Shown piece by piece: positions 1-10,100 of a stretch of 64,000 nucleotides of DNA. Every line of letters begins with the position of its first letter. The first letter of the stretch is position 1. Origin of the DNA: Thermoanaerobaculia bacterium (GTDB taxonomy: Bacteria; Acidobacteriota; Thermoanaerobaculia; Multivoradales; UBA5704); contig JBGAGQ010000022.1 of NCBI GenBank assembly GCA_044226625.1, forward strand, positions 1 through 64,000, written 5' to 3'. Made by a program: the position numbers and the translations under genes. The notes below the pieces were generated by a model that saw only the letters and a list, made by a program, of their open reading frames with translations, searched no databases and was not told where the DNA came from.

Positions 1-1
1 G

Positions 2-70
2 AACCGTGCCCTTCCGGTGAGCGTTCGCGACATGGATGAGAAAGAGCGTGAAAGGCATGAGCGAAAATAG
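2..70 (+). CDS. BrnT-like toxin, 3' fragment (truncated by window edge)
   Basis: Frame 2 reads NRALPVSVRDMDEKERERHERK*, resembling the 'ISARDMxxKERxxY' end of BrnT toxins; it overlaps the start of the downstream antitoxin-like gene. Confidence 0.6.
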   Translation, partial: NRALPVSVRDMDEKERERHERK

Positions 71-326
71 CGACTTTCCCCTGTCCGGAATCTCCAAAGC
101 CGACTCGGATTGGAAGATCGGTGAATTCTGGGACCGTCGTAGCCTTGCTGAGCATTGGGATGAGACTCGAGACGTCGACTTCGAAGTTCGAGCTGAACGG
201 CGGCATCGGATTACGCTGGCGCCCGAGGTCTATGCCGAGGTCGAGAAGCTCGCGCGCCGTCAGGGGGTTCTCACCGAGACGTTGGTGAACCTCTGGCTCG
301 CGGAGCGGTTGAAAAAGGCAAGCTGA
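57..326 (+). CDS. CopG/BrnA-like antitoxin
   Basis: ATG at 57; 'IGEFWDRRSLAEHWDET' followed by an RHH-like 'EVEKLARRQGVLTETLVNLWLAERL'. Confidence 0.7.
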   Translation: MSENSDFPLSGISKADSDWKIGEFWDRRSLAEHWDETRDVDFEVRAERRHRITLAPEVYAEVEKLARRQGVLTETLVNLWLAERLKKAS

Positions 327-447
327 AGGGCGTTGGGAATCACCAGGGACTCCTCACCTTCGCCGGTTTCGGAGGCTTCAAGCTCGAACGACCGCTCGCG
401 GTCGCGATGGTCGGCGGCCTGGTGACCTTGGTAGGCTCTACGTGTTC

Positions 448-651
448 ATGAGTTCGCGCGACGAGACCGATCCGGAGATGGCGGGGATTCCTACCGATTA
501 CTCCCAGTTGGAGGTGTCGGAGTGGGGTCTCGACTGGGGCGATGTCCTACAGATTCGCGAGAAGCTCAAGCTGACGCCGACGGAGCGGCTCAAAGCGGCG
601 CAAGATTTCATGAACACCGTCCTTCGCATTCGCGCCCAGAATGGCAACTGA
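448..651 (+). CDS. small hypothetical protein, partner of the downstream nucleotidyltransferase
   Basis: 'IREKLKLTPTERL' motif typical of small ORFs upstream of nucleotidyltransferase genes; overlaps the next ATG at 641. Confidence 0.55.
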   Translation: MSSRDETDPEMAGIPTDYSQLEVSEWGLDWGDVLQIREKLKLTPTERLKAAQDFMNTVLRIRAQNGN

Positions 652-1159
652 GCTCAGTTTCGACGAGATCCTCCGTGTTCTGGTACGCCATGACGTGAAA
701 TTCATCGTCGTGGGTGGCGTGGCTGCAATTCTCCAAGGAGCCCCACTCGTCACGGAAGACCTGGACGTCGTCTACCTATGTTCGGCGGGAAACAACACTC
801 GCTTGGCCGATGCTCTGGCGGAGTTGGGCGCGTGCTACTTCGACCCGGCGGGGCGAGGCATTGAACCGGACGTCTCCAAATTGGCCGCCTTGAAGATGCA
901 CCTTCTTCAGACAAGACATGGCCGGGTCGACGTATTGCGAACCGTTGGGAAGGATCTCGCCTTCGAAGACTTGGCAGAAAAGTCCCGGGTGTTTGAGATC
1001 GCGGAGCTTCAAGTGCGTGTTCTGGATCTCGAAACCGTCATCGAGACCAAGGAGCACGCCAATCGGCCCAAGGACAGATACCAGTTGCTGTATTTACGGC
1101 AGCTGCTCGCCGAGACTCGGCGCCCGGAGGCCGAGCGTTCGGAAGTGGAGCGACCTTAG
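641..1159 (+). CDS. nucleotidyltransferase family protein (DUF6036/AbiEii-like)
   Basis: 'VVGGVAAILQG..TEDLD' Pol-beta NTase motif; C-terminal 'KEHANRPKD'. Confidence 0.75.
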   Translation: MATELSFDEILRVLVRHDVKFIVVGGVAAILQGAPLVTEDLDVVYLCSAGNNTRLADALAELGACYFDPAGRGIEPDVSKLAALKMHLLQTRHGRVDVLRTVGKDLAFEDLAEKSRVFEIAELQVRVLDLETVIETKEHANRPKDRYQLLYLRQLLAETRRPEAERSEVERP

Positions 1160-1171
1160 GGAAAATCCGAT

Positions 1172-2734
1172 TTACCCCGGCGACAACCCCTTCGACCTCG
1201 CCGTCCGTTCGTAGCTCGTCTCGCGGTCCAGCACTTCCAGCGTTTGGAAGTAGAGCAGGTCGGCCTCGGCATGACTGTTGGCGATCGCGGTGACCCCCAG
1301 CTTGCCGAATTCCGAAACGGCGCCGATCAGGTGGAAGAGGACCCCCGAGTCCTTGGCGTGGCTGTAGTGGAGGCGGTTGTCGGTGAGGATCTCGATCAGG
1401 TCCTCGGGGATCAATCCGCGGTAGGACTCCGACTGGAGGTTGTCGGTGGCGCGGTAGAACTTCTGGGCGCCGGTCGGCGAGACGAAGAGGCCGCTTTCCG
1501 GATCGAGGCTGCCGCCGGTGAGGAACTGGAGCGCGAGGAACGGGTGGGTCGTTCCGCCCATGCGTAAGTTGATCTCGAGCGCCGCGCAATCCCACGGGTC
1601 GGTCGGGGCGTCGCGCCAGACGAGAAAGTCGACCGCGAAGCGGCTGACCACCCCGTTCTTCGCCAGGACGTCGCCGATCCGGAGCGCCTGCTCCTGGATA
1701 TAGCGCCGGTAGTCGTCGTGAGCGGGGAACTTGCAGCCGAGGAAGACCTGGTTGCTCGGCCCGCCGAGGATCTGGTCGTGGGTCGAGATCGGCAGGACCT
1801 CGCCGTGCGGGCTGATCCGGAGCTGCGCCGAGGGGGACATCTTCTCTTTCCCCTCGACCCACTCCTCGACGATCCCCTGCATCCGGCGGTACTTGTCGAA
1901 ATAACTCTCGACGTTCTCCGACGCGACCGAGAATTCGAGGTTCTCGAGCTCGCGCCGGATCGAGGTGGAAGAGCGATCCTCCGGGTAGCGAAAGACGGCG
2001 TTGCCCTCGCCCGAGAAACTGTCGTTCAGCTTGACCACGGCGCGCCGAAGGCCGGGGCGCTCGCGGTCGAGATCAATCAGCGCCTCGGTGACGTCGGTTT
2101 CGTCGCGAAGGTCCTCTTTGCCGAGGGGGAGCGCCACTCCCGCTTCGCGGAAGACCTTGCGGCTCCCTGATTTCGTCCCGAGATGGGAAAGGTCGGGATC
2201 GGCGCCGTTCATCGGAATGCCGAGCAGGACCGCGAGGCGGCGCTCGAACGGTGTGGAATTGAACACCGTGAGGTAGGCGCGCGAACTGTCCTGGATCCCT
2301 TCCCGGATGCGCTCGATCAGCCGTGGTCGCTCGAGGATCTTCTCGGTGAGCGAGCGGGGCGAGGCGTCGTAGGCGCAGAGGAGCGTCAGCCGGGACCGGG
2401 CGTGGCTCGCCGGAATCCCGGCGAGCAGGTGGAAGTAGTAGTCCAGGATCATCGGATGGATCGGCTCCGACGTCACGTAAACCACTCGCGCCCGCGGGTT
2501 CCTCAGGCGGATGAGGAGAAACAGCAAGCGCTCTTCGTAGAAGTTCGCCCCGGCGAGCTTCATGAGCTCGCTCTGATCGAGCGTGAGCGAGGGGACCACC
2601 ACCGACGTGTGGGGCTCCTCGTCCCGCATGGTCAAGGCTTCCCAGACCTCGAGCAGCCGCGGCTGGATCTCGCGGAACATCTCGTGCTCCAGCTCGGGTG
2701 AGAGATCGGCCAGAAACGGCGGTCTCGGAATCAC
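1172..2734 (-). CDS. peptide ligase PGM1-related ATP-grasp protein
   Basis: 'VVVPSLTLD', 'YEERLLFLL', 'VVKLNDSFSGEGNA', 'STHDQILGG', 'LEINLRMGGTTHP' motifs. Confidence 0.85.
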   Translation of the reverse strand: MIPRPPFLADLSPELEHEMFREIQPRLLEVWEALTMRDEEPHTSVVVPSLTLDQSELMKLAGANFYEERLLFLLIRLRNPRARVVYVTSEPIHPMILDYYFHLLAGIPASHARSRLTLLCAYDASPRSLTEKILERPRLIERIREGIQDSSRAYLTVFNSTPFERRLAVLLGIPMNGADPDLSHLGTKSGSRKVFREAGVALPLGKEDLRDETDVTEALIDLDRERPGLRRAVVKLNDSFSGEGNAVFRYPEDRSSTSIRRELENLEFSVASENVESYFDKYRRMQGIVEEWVEGKEKMSPSAQLRISPHGEVLPISTHDQILGGPSNQVFLGCKFPAHDDYRRYIQEQALRIGDVLAKNGVVSRFAVDFLVWRDAPTDPWDCAALEINLRMGGTTHPFLALQFLTGGSLDPESGLFVSPTGAQKFYRATDNLQSESYRGLIPEDLIEILTDNRLHYSHAKDSGVLFHLIGAVSEFGKLGVTAIANSHAEADLLYFQTLEVLDRETSYERTARSKGLSPG

Positions 2735-2786
2735 CGGGGTCCTCCCCTCGCCGCCGCTCCGCCCCCGGGGGGCCGAGCCGGCCGCT

Positions 2787-3971
2787 TCATGCCAAGACCT
2801 TCAGGGTGTCGCGCGAGGCGAGGCCCGGCGCATCGAGGTCGCAGGCGGGAAATGAGATCGGCGAAAGAGTCTGGTCCTCGTGTAGCTCGGTGGCGAGGCC
2901 GAGCGCCTCGGCGCGCAGGCGAATCTGTCGATAGAGGTGATAGCGGAGCGGCGCGAGGAGCGTGTGGTTCGAGGTCAGCTGCAGGAGGTAGTCGCTGTCC
3001 TCGCCCGAGTAGACGCGGGTGAGGATCTCGCGCCGCTCGGTCGCCCATTGGCGCGACACCTCGCCGCGCTCGACTCGTCGTTCGAGGATCAGCATCTGGC
3101 GCGCGCGATTGATGATCTCCGGGTGGTGGTTGACCCCGAAGATCCGCGGCATCACGCCCGCCTCGTCGCGGTCGAACTCGAACATCGTGAGCGCTTCACC
3201 CATCGGGCCGCCGACGCCTTCCGTCTCATATCCGATCGCGGTGCCGCCGGCTGGGAAACTTGCGCCGTCCGGAATCAGGTCGAACAGGCGGTTGTCGAGA
3301 ATGCGCAGGCGCGCGCCGCCGAGCTCGCCGTAGAGTCGGTGGAACCAAGGATGCTCCACCGCGGCCGAGGTGAGCATGTTCTCGAGGACGCCGGTGCTCT
3401 TGCCTCCCTTTTCGGCCGAGCGCAACACCGGCCGGGCGACGCCCGACCAGTCGCACAGGACGCCGAAGGTGTGGCAAACCGCGAGCAGTGCAGTCGAGCG
3501 GACGGCGCGGATCCGATCGAAGAGCTCGAACGCGGGCCGCTGCCAGGCGGGGTTCTCGCGCAGCCCCTGGCTATGCTCGGCGACGCCGTCGTTCTCGCGC
3601 GGGTCGATGTGGCCCGGTCCGCCGGTGCCGAGATAGAGCGAAAACCGCCCTCCCGGAAGCTCGGGAATCGCGCCGCTCGCGCGAACGTCGTAGGAGATCG
3701 CACGAACCTGGAAGCCCAAGCGGAGCAGCTCGGGGGAGAGGTCGCAGCAGACGTCGACCAACGAGGCGACCAACGAGTCGTGGCCCAGGTTCGGCCAGCC
3801 GTGGTTCATGTCGAGGACGGCGACGTCGATCGTCCGAGGCTCGACGGGAGGGGGGCTCCCTCCGTTCTCCACGCGGGCGTAGCGGTACCCCGATTCCGAC
3901 CCGCGGGCGGGGCAGTCCGTAATGCAAAATTCTTTGCCGTAGCGTCGTTTGAGCTGGCAGTTGACGGGCAT
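2787..3971 (-). CDS. class I glutamine amidotransferase-like protein
   Basis: 'GTGGPG' oxyanion loop, nucleophile elbow 'AVCHTFG', 'HHPE' His-Glu of the catalytic triad. Confidence 0.7.
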   Translation of the reverse strand: MPVNCQLKRRYGKEFCITDCPARGSESGYRYARVENGGSPPPVEPRTIDVAVLDMNHGWPNLGHDSLVASLVDVCCDLSPELLRLGFQVRAISYDVRASGAIPELPGGRFSLYLGTGGPGHIDPRENDGVAEHSQGLRENPAWQRPAFELFDRIRAVRSTALLAVCHTFGVLCDWSGVARPVLRSAEKGGKSTGVLENMLTSAAVEHPWFHRLYGELGGARLRILDNRLFDLIPDGASFPAGGTAIGYETEGVGGPMGEALTMFEFDRDEAGVMPRIFGVNHHPEIINRARQMLILERRVERGEVSRQWATERREILTRVYSGEDSDYLLQLTSNHTLLAPLRYHLYRQIRLRAEALGLATELHEDQTLSPISFPACDLDAPGLASRDTLKVLA

Positions 3972-4110
3972 GCGGCGTCCGGGTCGTCCGAGCTAGAAGT
4001 TCATTTGACTCTATCCCCTGGTGGCGGTCGCGTCCACTCCGAGCCCGCGAAACCGCGGAGGTGCTATGCTTTTGGGACGAATTCGTCGGTATACCTCCTG
4101 GAGGCTACAC

Positions 4111-7023
4111 ATGCGTAAGCTCTTGCCGTTTTTCGTGGCGATGCTCTGCGCGGTCGCGCTCGCTCCGTCGGCGCATGCCGCGGCGTCTTGGCCGACGCTC
4201 GCCCAACAGTTGAACAACGCCCCTGTGCCGATCCAATCGGGCAGCGCGCTCGCGACATTGATCTCGGAGAACCAGGAGTTCTCCATGCTTCGCCCCGAAG
4301 AGGCGAAGGATCAACGCGGTCTGCCTCCCTGGATCCGCGTCTGGTGGCGAAAAGAGCACCCCGAAGGAACCTATGTCGGATCGGATCCGACCGGGGGTTA
4401 TCCCCTCGTGCTCAAGGAGATCTGGGAGTGGATGCTTCACCACCAGGATCTCCAGCCGGGCACGGCCGAGCCGGACCGAGCGGCTGGCGAGGCGGAATCC
4501 GATTTGGAGGCCGACGCCGCGACCGTGAGCGGCGAGCAGCGGATTTCCGGCGCGCAGACCACGCCGCGGAGTGAATCCGACATCCGCGTCAACTACTTCG
4601 ACCCGACCAAGATCCTGGGCGCGAGCAACAGCATCGTCGGCGGCGGCCACCAGGCGGTCTTCTTCTCCACCGATAGCGGCGCGACCTGGGGGCAGACGAC
4701 GTTGCCTTTCACCGCCACCGACTCCTCCCACTCCGATCCGACCGTCGACTGGACCTCGGACGGACGAGCCTGGTCTTCGACGCTCGGGATCGTCGGCGGC
4801 ACCCTCCGTCTTCGCAACTACGTTTCCACCGACAACGGCGCCACCTGGACTTTCGAAGCGACGCCGTCGGCGGCGCAGACCAACGTCGACAAACAGATGG
4901 TCTGGGCCGACCATTCCGCCACCTCGCCGTTCAAGGACAACCAGTACGCGATCTGGCACAACGGAACTCCCGCGTTCATGAGCGCGAGGAACGCGGTCAC
5001 CAACACCTGGGGCGCGCCGATCCAGGTGAGCGGCGCTGAATCGACGGGTACCGCGATCGGCGGCGACGCGAAGACCAACTCCTTCGGCGATGCCTTCGGA
5101 TTCTGGCCGACCACCACGAACGCCCGGGTCTTCGTCGTCAAGTCGACCAACGGCGGCACCTCGTGGGGCACGCCTGTCCAGGTCGCGACCACGTTCGACA
5201 CATTCGACATCGGCTGCCCGGCGTTCAACAACCGGCGCGCGCTGATCTACATCTCGGGCGGCGCTTATCGTACGGGGACCAAGAACTTGGTCTACGCCGC
5301 TTGGAACGACCTTTCGGGCGAAACCGGCTGCACCGCGCCCGCGAACGAGCCGGGAGCCAACGCCGCCTCGACCTGCAAGATCCGCATCTGGTTCACCCGC
5401 TCGACCGACGGCGGCGCGACCTGGGAACCCAAACGGATGGTCAACAACCAGGCGAGTTTGAACGATCAATTCAACCAGTGGCTGGTGGTCGACGAGACGA
5501 CCGGCGCGCTCGGCCTGATGTACTACGACACGGTGGCGGACGCGACCCGCAGGAAAGTCGACATCTGGTATCAGTCGTCGTTCGATGACGGAATGACCTG
5601 GAACTCCGCGGTGAAGGTGACGTCGGCGCAGACCGACGAGACGACTGGCGGCCAGGACACCGGCAACCAGTTCGGCGACTACAACGCGCTGTCCGGGATC
5701 GCGGGAATCTTCTGGCCCTCTTGGACCGACCGGCGCGCGGGGGCTCGCGAGGAGATCTGGACCGCGAAGGTCACCGACGGCGCCTGCACGTTCCCGGGCG
5801 CGCCGACGGTCGGCTCGGCGTCCGCCACGGGACCTAACCAGATCCAGGTGACGTTTACCAACGGCGCTCCTCCCTCCTCGGTGTTCAACGTCTATCGCGC
5901 GGTCGGCACGTGCGCGGCTCCTGGCCCGTTCACCCGCATCGCCTCCGGCATCGCGGGGAGCCCGTACCTCGACACGACCGTCTCGGGCGGAATCACCTAC
6001 GCGTACAAGGTTGCGGGGGCCGACCCGACAAACGTCTGCGAGTCGCCGCAGTCGGGCTGCGTCGAGGCAACCGCCACCGGCGTCTGCACCCTGCCGCCGA
6101 ACTTCGCCGGCGTGGCCGCGGTGACCAATAACGCCACCTCGACCTGCTCGCTCGGCGTTTCGTGGGCCGCCGCGACCGCGCAGTGCGCGGGCCCGGTCAC
6201 CTACAACGTCTACCGCTCGACCACGCCGGGCTTCACGCCGATGGTCGCCAACCGCATCGCGGCCGGCGTCTCCGGGACCTCGTTCAACGATCCGGGACCG
6301 CTCATGAACGGGGCGACGTATTACTACAAGGTCCGCTCGGTCGACGCCGGCAATAGCGCCGAGGACACCAACAACGTAGAGAAGAGCGCCCAGCCGACCG
6401 GTCCGATCGCGATGGGCACGTTCAACGAGACGTTCGAGGGTGCGATGGGCTTCGACAACGCCGGTTGGACGCACAGCGCGTTGAGCGGGGCGAACGACTG
6501 GACTCTTTCGACCGCCCAGTCGCAGACGCCCACGCACTCCTGGAGCTCGGCAAGCCTCGCCTCGGCTTCGGATCGCGTGCTGACCTCTCCGGCTCTCGTC
6601 CCGACGGCGAGCTCGGTGCTCACGTTCTGGCATACCTTCGCGCTCGAACAGAGCACCACGCCGACCACCTGCTTCGACGGCGCCACGCTCGAAACCTCGA
6701 TCGACGGCGGCACGACCTGGGTGGTGATCCCGGATGCGGCGATCACGGCAGGGCCGTTCATCGGTACCGTGAGCGCCAGCTTCGCGAACCCGCTGGCGGG
6801 CAAGCGAGCCTGGTGCGGCAACACGGTGATCGGTCCGTTCAGCCAGGTGACCGTGAATCTCTCGGCGTTCGCCGGGCAGTCCACGAAGCTGCGCTGGCAT
6901 GAAGGGGACGACAGCAGCGTCGCCCGCATCGGTTGGTTCGTCGACTCGGTCAACATCACGAATGCGGGAACGGCGAGCGTTTGCGCGATGCCGGTCGCCC
7001 TTACCGGGTTCACGATCGAGTAG
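4111..7023 (+). CDS. secreted BNR/Asp-box (sialidase-like) beta-propeller protein with FN3 repeats and a C-terminal beta-sandwich
   Basis: GGAGG RBS before ATG 4111; signal peptide MRKLLPFF...AHA; repeated Asp-boxes (STDSGATW, STDNGATW, STNGGTSW, STDGGATW, SFDDGMTW); FN3 motifs 'YNVYRS', 'YYYKVRSVD'. Confidence 0.8.
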   Translation: MRKLLPFFVAMLCAVALAPSAHAAASWPTLAQQLNNAPVPIQSGSALATLISENQEFSMLRPEEAKDQRGLPPWIRVWWRKEHPEGTYVGSDPTGGYPLVLKEIWEWMLHHQDLQPGTAEPDRAAGEAESDLEADAATVSGEQRISGAQTTPRSESDIRVNYFDPTKILGASNSIVGGGHQAVFFSTDSGATWGQTTLPFTATDSSHSDPTVDWTSDGRAWSSTLGIVGGTLRLRNYVSTDNGATWTFEATPSAAQTNVDKQMVWADHSATSPFKDNQYAIWHNGTPAFMSARNAVTNTWGAPIQVSGAESTGTAIGGDAKTNSFGDAFGFWPTTTNARVFVVKSTNGGTSWGTPVQVATTFDTFDIGCPAFNNRRALIYISGGAYRTGTKNLVYAAWNDLSGETGCTAPANEPGANAASTCKIRIWFTRSTDGGATWEPKRMVNNQASLNDQFNQWLVVDETTGALGLMYYDTVADATRRKVDIWYQSSFDDGMTWNSAVKVTSAQTDETTGGQDTGNQFGDYNALSGIAGIFWPSWTDRRAGAREEIWTAKVTDGACTFPGAPTVGSASATGPNQIQVTFTNGAPPSSVFNVYRAVGTCAAPGPFTRIASGIAGSPYLDTTVSGGITYAYKVAGADPTNVCESPQSGCVEATATGVCTLPPNFAGVAAVTNNATSTCSLGVSWAAATAQCAGPVTYNVYRSTTPGFTPMVANRIAAGVSGTSFNDPGPLMNGATYYYKVRSVDAGNSAEDTNNVEKSAQPTGPIAMGTFNETFEGAMGFDNAGWTHSALSGANDWTLSTAQSQTPTHSWSSASLASASDRVLTSPALVPTASSVLTFWHTFALEQSTTPTTCFDGATLETSIDGGTTWVVIPDAAITAGPFIGTVSASFANPLAGKRAWCGNTVIGPFSQVTVNLSAFAGQSTKLRWHEGDDSSVARIGWFVDSVNITNAGTASVCAMPVALTGFTIE
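5785..7023 (+). repeat. duplicated C-terminal module, copy 1 (copy 2 at 9547-10785)
   Basis: Both ends align at an offset of 3762 bp; long shared stretches such as 'NPLAGKRAWCGNTVIGPFSQVTVNL' and 'WHEGDDSSVARIGWFVDSV'. Confidence 0.9.
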
Positions 7024-7065
7024 CTAAGAACCGCGGTCGTCGACCGCGATTTCGTCCGTAGCACC

Positions 7066-7098
7066 AGCCCCCGGCGATCCAAACGTCGGGGGTTTTTT
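7066..7098 (+). terminator. rho-independent terminator
   Basis: AGCCCCCGGCG-loop-CGTCGGGGGTT followed by a T run, just after the stop at 7023. Confidence 0.75.
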
Positions 7099-7182
7099 CG
7101 TTCCCTCGTCCCGATTTGACGCGGTACGAGCGAACCTGATAGAAGGCCGGGGTCAACTCGCTCCGAGCTACAAGGGGAAGCC

Positions 7183-10100
7183 ATGCACCGAACCGTCCGG
7201 TTGTCCACCGGGCTCGCGGTCACCGTCGCGGCACTGCTTGCGACCTCCGCTTCAGCCCAGATGATGCAGCGCAACGAATACAGCCCGCTCGGGCGTCTCG
7301 CGACGCTCAAGGAGGCGCTGAGCCCGCCCGCCTCGACCGGATTGCTCGAACAGACTTCGAACGGACTCGCCGCCAACGTGACCGGCACGTGGAACGGATT
7401 CCAGAGCGAAGTCGGCGGGACCTGGGTGGGCTATGTCGACAAGCGGAGCGGCTATCTCGAGTTCGCAGAGGGTTCGGGCTGGGCCTGGATCCCCGGCACC
7501 GGAAACAACCTGGCAAAGGCCGACATCTCCCAGTTCTTGAACGGCGCCGACGAGGTCAACCTCGCGACGTTGGACCGCATCGCCCGGGCGAACTTGCCGG
7601 TGGTCGGTCCGATGCTCGGCGTCGAGAACACCGATCTCAAGTTGTCCGAGGGACGCTCGGGCAAGATGGCCGACTACCTCTGGTACGTCGACTACGACGT
7701 CTATCGCGGCGGCTGGAAGATCGAGGGCGCGCGGGTGATGTTCCGCATCAACCACGGCAACCTCGTCCAGTTCGGAGCGGAGGGGGTTCCCCAGCCGACG
7801 GTGACCGTTCCCTTCCCGCGCCTGTCGCGCGAGGAAGCGGTGCAGGCGGTCGCCTCCTACGTAGGCGGCTTTACCGACCGGGACGGCCTGGTCGATTCGG
7901 GCTCGCTCAAGATGATGACTCGCGCGAAGATCGACACCAGCCGGGCAGAGCGCTTCCGTCCGGGCGACGGTTATAGCCTGCTGCCGGTCTGGGAGGTGTC
8001 GTTCCGCCGGAAGGAGACCGTCGGCACCTGGCGCGCCCGGGTCGACGCAATCACCGGGCAGGTGATCGAGTTCGGCGACGTGAACGAGTACGCCCAGGCC
8101 AAGGAGGGCGTGGTCCTGGTCCAGCCGTCGCTCGGCGAGACCAGCAAGCCGATGCCGTTCACGAACATCTCGACCGGCGGCTTCACCAACTCGGCCGGCG
8201 TCTACACCCCCGCCGGTGCGGCGACCTCGAGCATGAACGGCCAGTACGTTCGCCCGGTCGACACCTGCGGCGCGATCTCGCTCGCCGCGGACGGAATGAA
8301 CAACTTTGATTTCGGCACCTCGCCGGCGAGCGACTGTTCGACCCCCGGTTTCGGCGGCGCTGGCAACACCCGCTCCTCCCGCACGCAGTTTTATTGGGTG
8401 AACCGGGTGAAGGAAGTTGGCCGCGGTTGGCTGCCGGCGGTTGCCTGGCTCTCCGCTCAGCTCACCACCAACGTCAACCTGAACCAGACCTGCAACGCCT
8501 ATTGGAACGGTTCGACGCTGAACTTCTTCCGTTCGGGCGGCGGATGCGGCAACACCGGCGAGCTGCCGAGCGTCTCGCTCCACGAGTACGGTCACGGCCT
8601 GGACAGCAACGACGGCACCGGCTCGCCGCCGGAAAACGGCAGCGGTGAGACGGTCGGTGACTGGACCGCCTCGCTCGCCACCCACCTCTCCTGCATCGGC
8701 TCGGGCTTCCTGGGCAGTAACTGCGGCGGTTACGGCAACGCCTGCACCGCCTGCACGGGCGTCCGTGACATCGACTGGGCGAAGCACACTGCGAACACCC
8801 CGTCGACGGTCGCCAACTTCACCCAGACCACCTGCCCGCAGCCGAACCCGTTCAACCCGAACTACGTCGGCCCCTGCGGCTCGAACGCGATCGGCACCGG
8901 CGTCACCGCCAACAAGCGAGAGGGGCACTGCGAGTCGTACATCTCGTCGCAGGCGCTGTGGGACCTCGCGAACCGCGATCTACCGAGCCCCGGAACGGGG
9001 AGCGCTTGGACGATCTCCGACCGGCTCTGGTACCTGACCCGGGCGACCACGACGAGCTTCTTCACCTGCAACACGGTGCCCGCGACCTGGACCTCCGACG
9101 GTTGCGCGGCCGGAACCCTCTTCCGCACCTTCCGGGTGGCCGACGACGACGACGGCAACCTGGCGAACGGCACTCCGCACGGCGGCGCGATCTTCGCGGC
9201 GTTCAACCGGCACAACATCGCCTGTGCCTCCGACCCGGGCTCGAACACGACGTTCGCCGCCTGCGTCATCCCGTCGTCTCCGACGCTCACGCTCACGCCG
9301 TCGAACAACACGATGCAGCTCTCCTGGTCCTCGTCCGGTGCGGGCGTCGTCTACGACGTCTACAAGAACGAGCTCGACTGCAACGCAGGGTTCATCAAAG
9401 TCGCCAACGACGTCGCGTCGACCAGCTTCAACGACCCGAACGTCGCGAACTTCTTCAACTACAACTACCAGATCGTCGCCCACCCGACCGGGACCGAGGC
9501 TTGCGGCGCACCGCCGTCGAACTGCGCCACCGCGGCTCCGCTGCCCTGCACCGCGCCGGCCTCGCCGACGATCGGCACCGCGACCGCCTCGGCGCCGAAC
9601 CAGATCACCGTCAGCTGGACCAACGGCGCTCCGGCGTCCGACTTCTTCAACGTCTATCGCGCGGTCGGCACTTGCGCCGCGCCGGGTCCGTTCACCCAGG
9701 TTGCGACCATGGTGGCGGGTAGCCCCTACGTCGACAACTCCGTCTCGGGTGGAACGACGTACGCGTACAAGATCGCCGGGACCGAGACCACCGGTGTCTG
9801 CGAATCGCCCCAGACCACCTGCGTTCAGGCGACCGCGACCGGCGTCTGCACCCTGCCGCCGAACTTCGCCGGCATCTCGACGGCCACCAACGGCGCCACG
9901 TCGACCTGCTCGGTCGGGTTGGCCTGGGCCGCCGGTACCGCGCAGTGCACGGGTCCGGTGACCTACAACGTCTATCGCGCGACCACCCCGGGCTTCACCC
10001 CGATGGTCGCCAACCGGATCGCCGCGGGCGTCTCGGGCACCTCGTTCAACGACCCGGGTCCGATCGCGAACGGCACCACCTACTACTACAAGGTCCGCGC

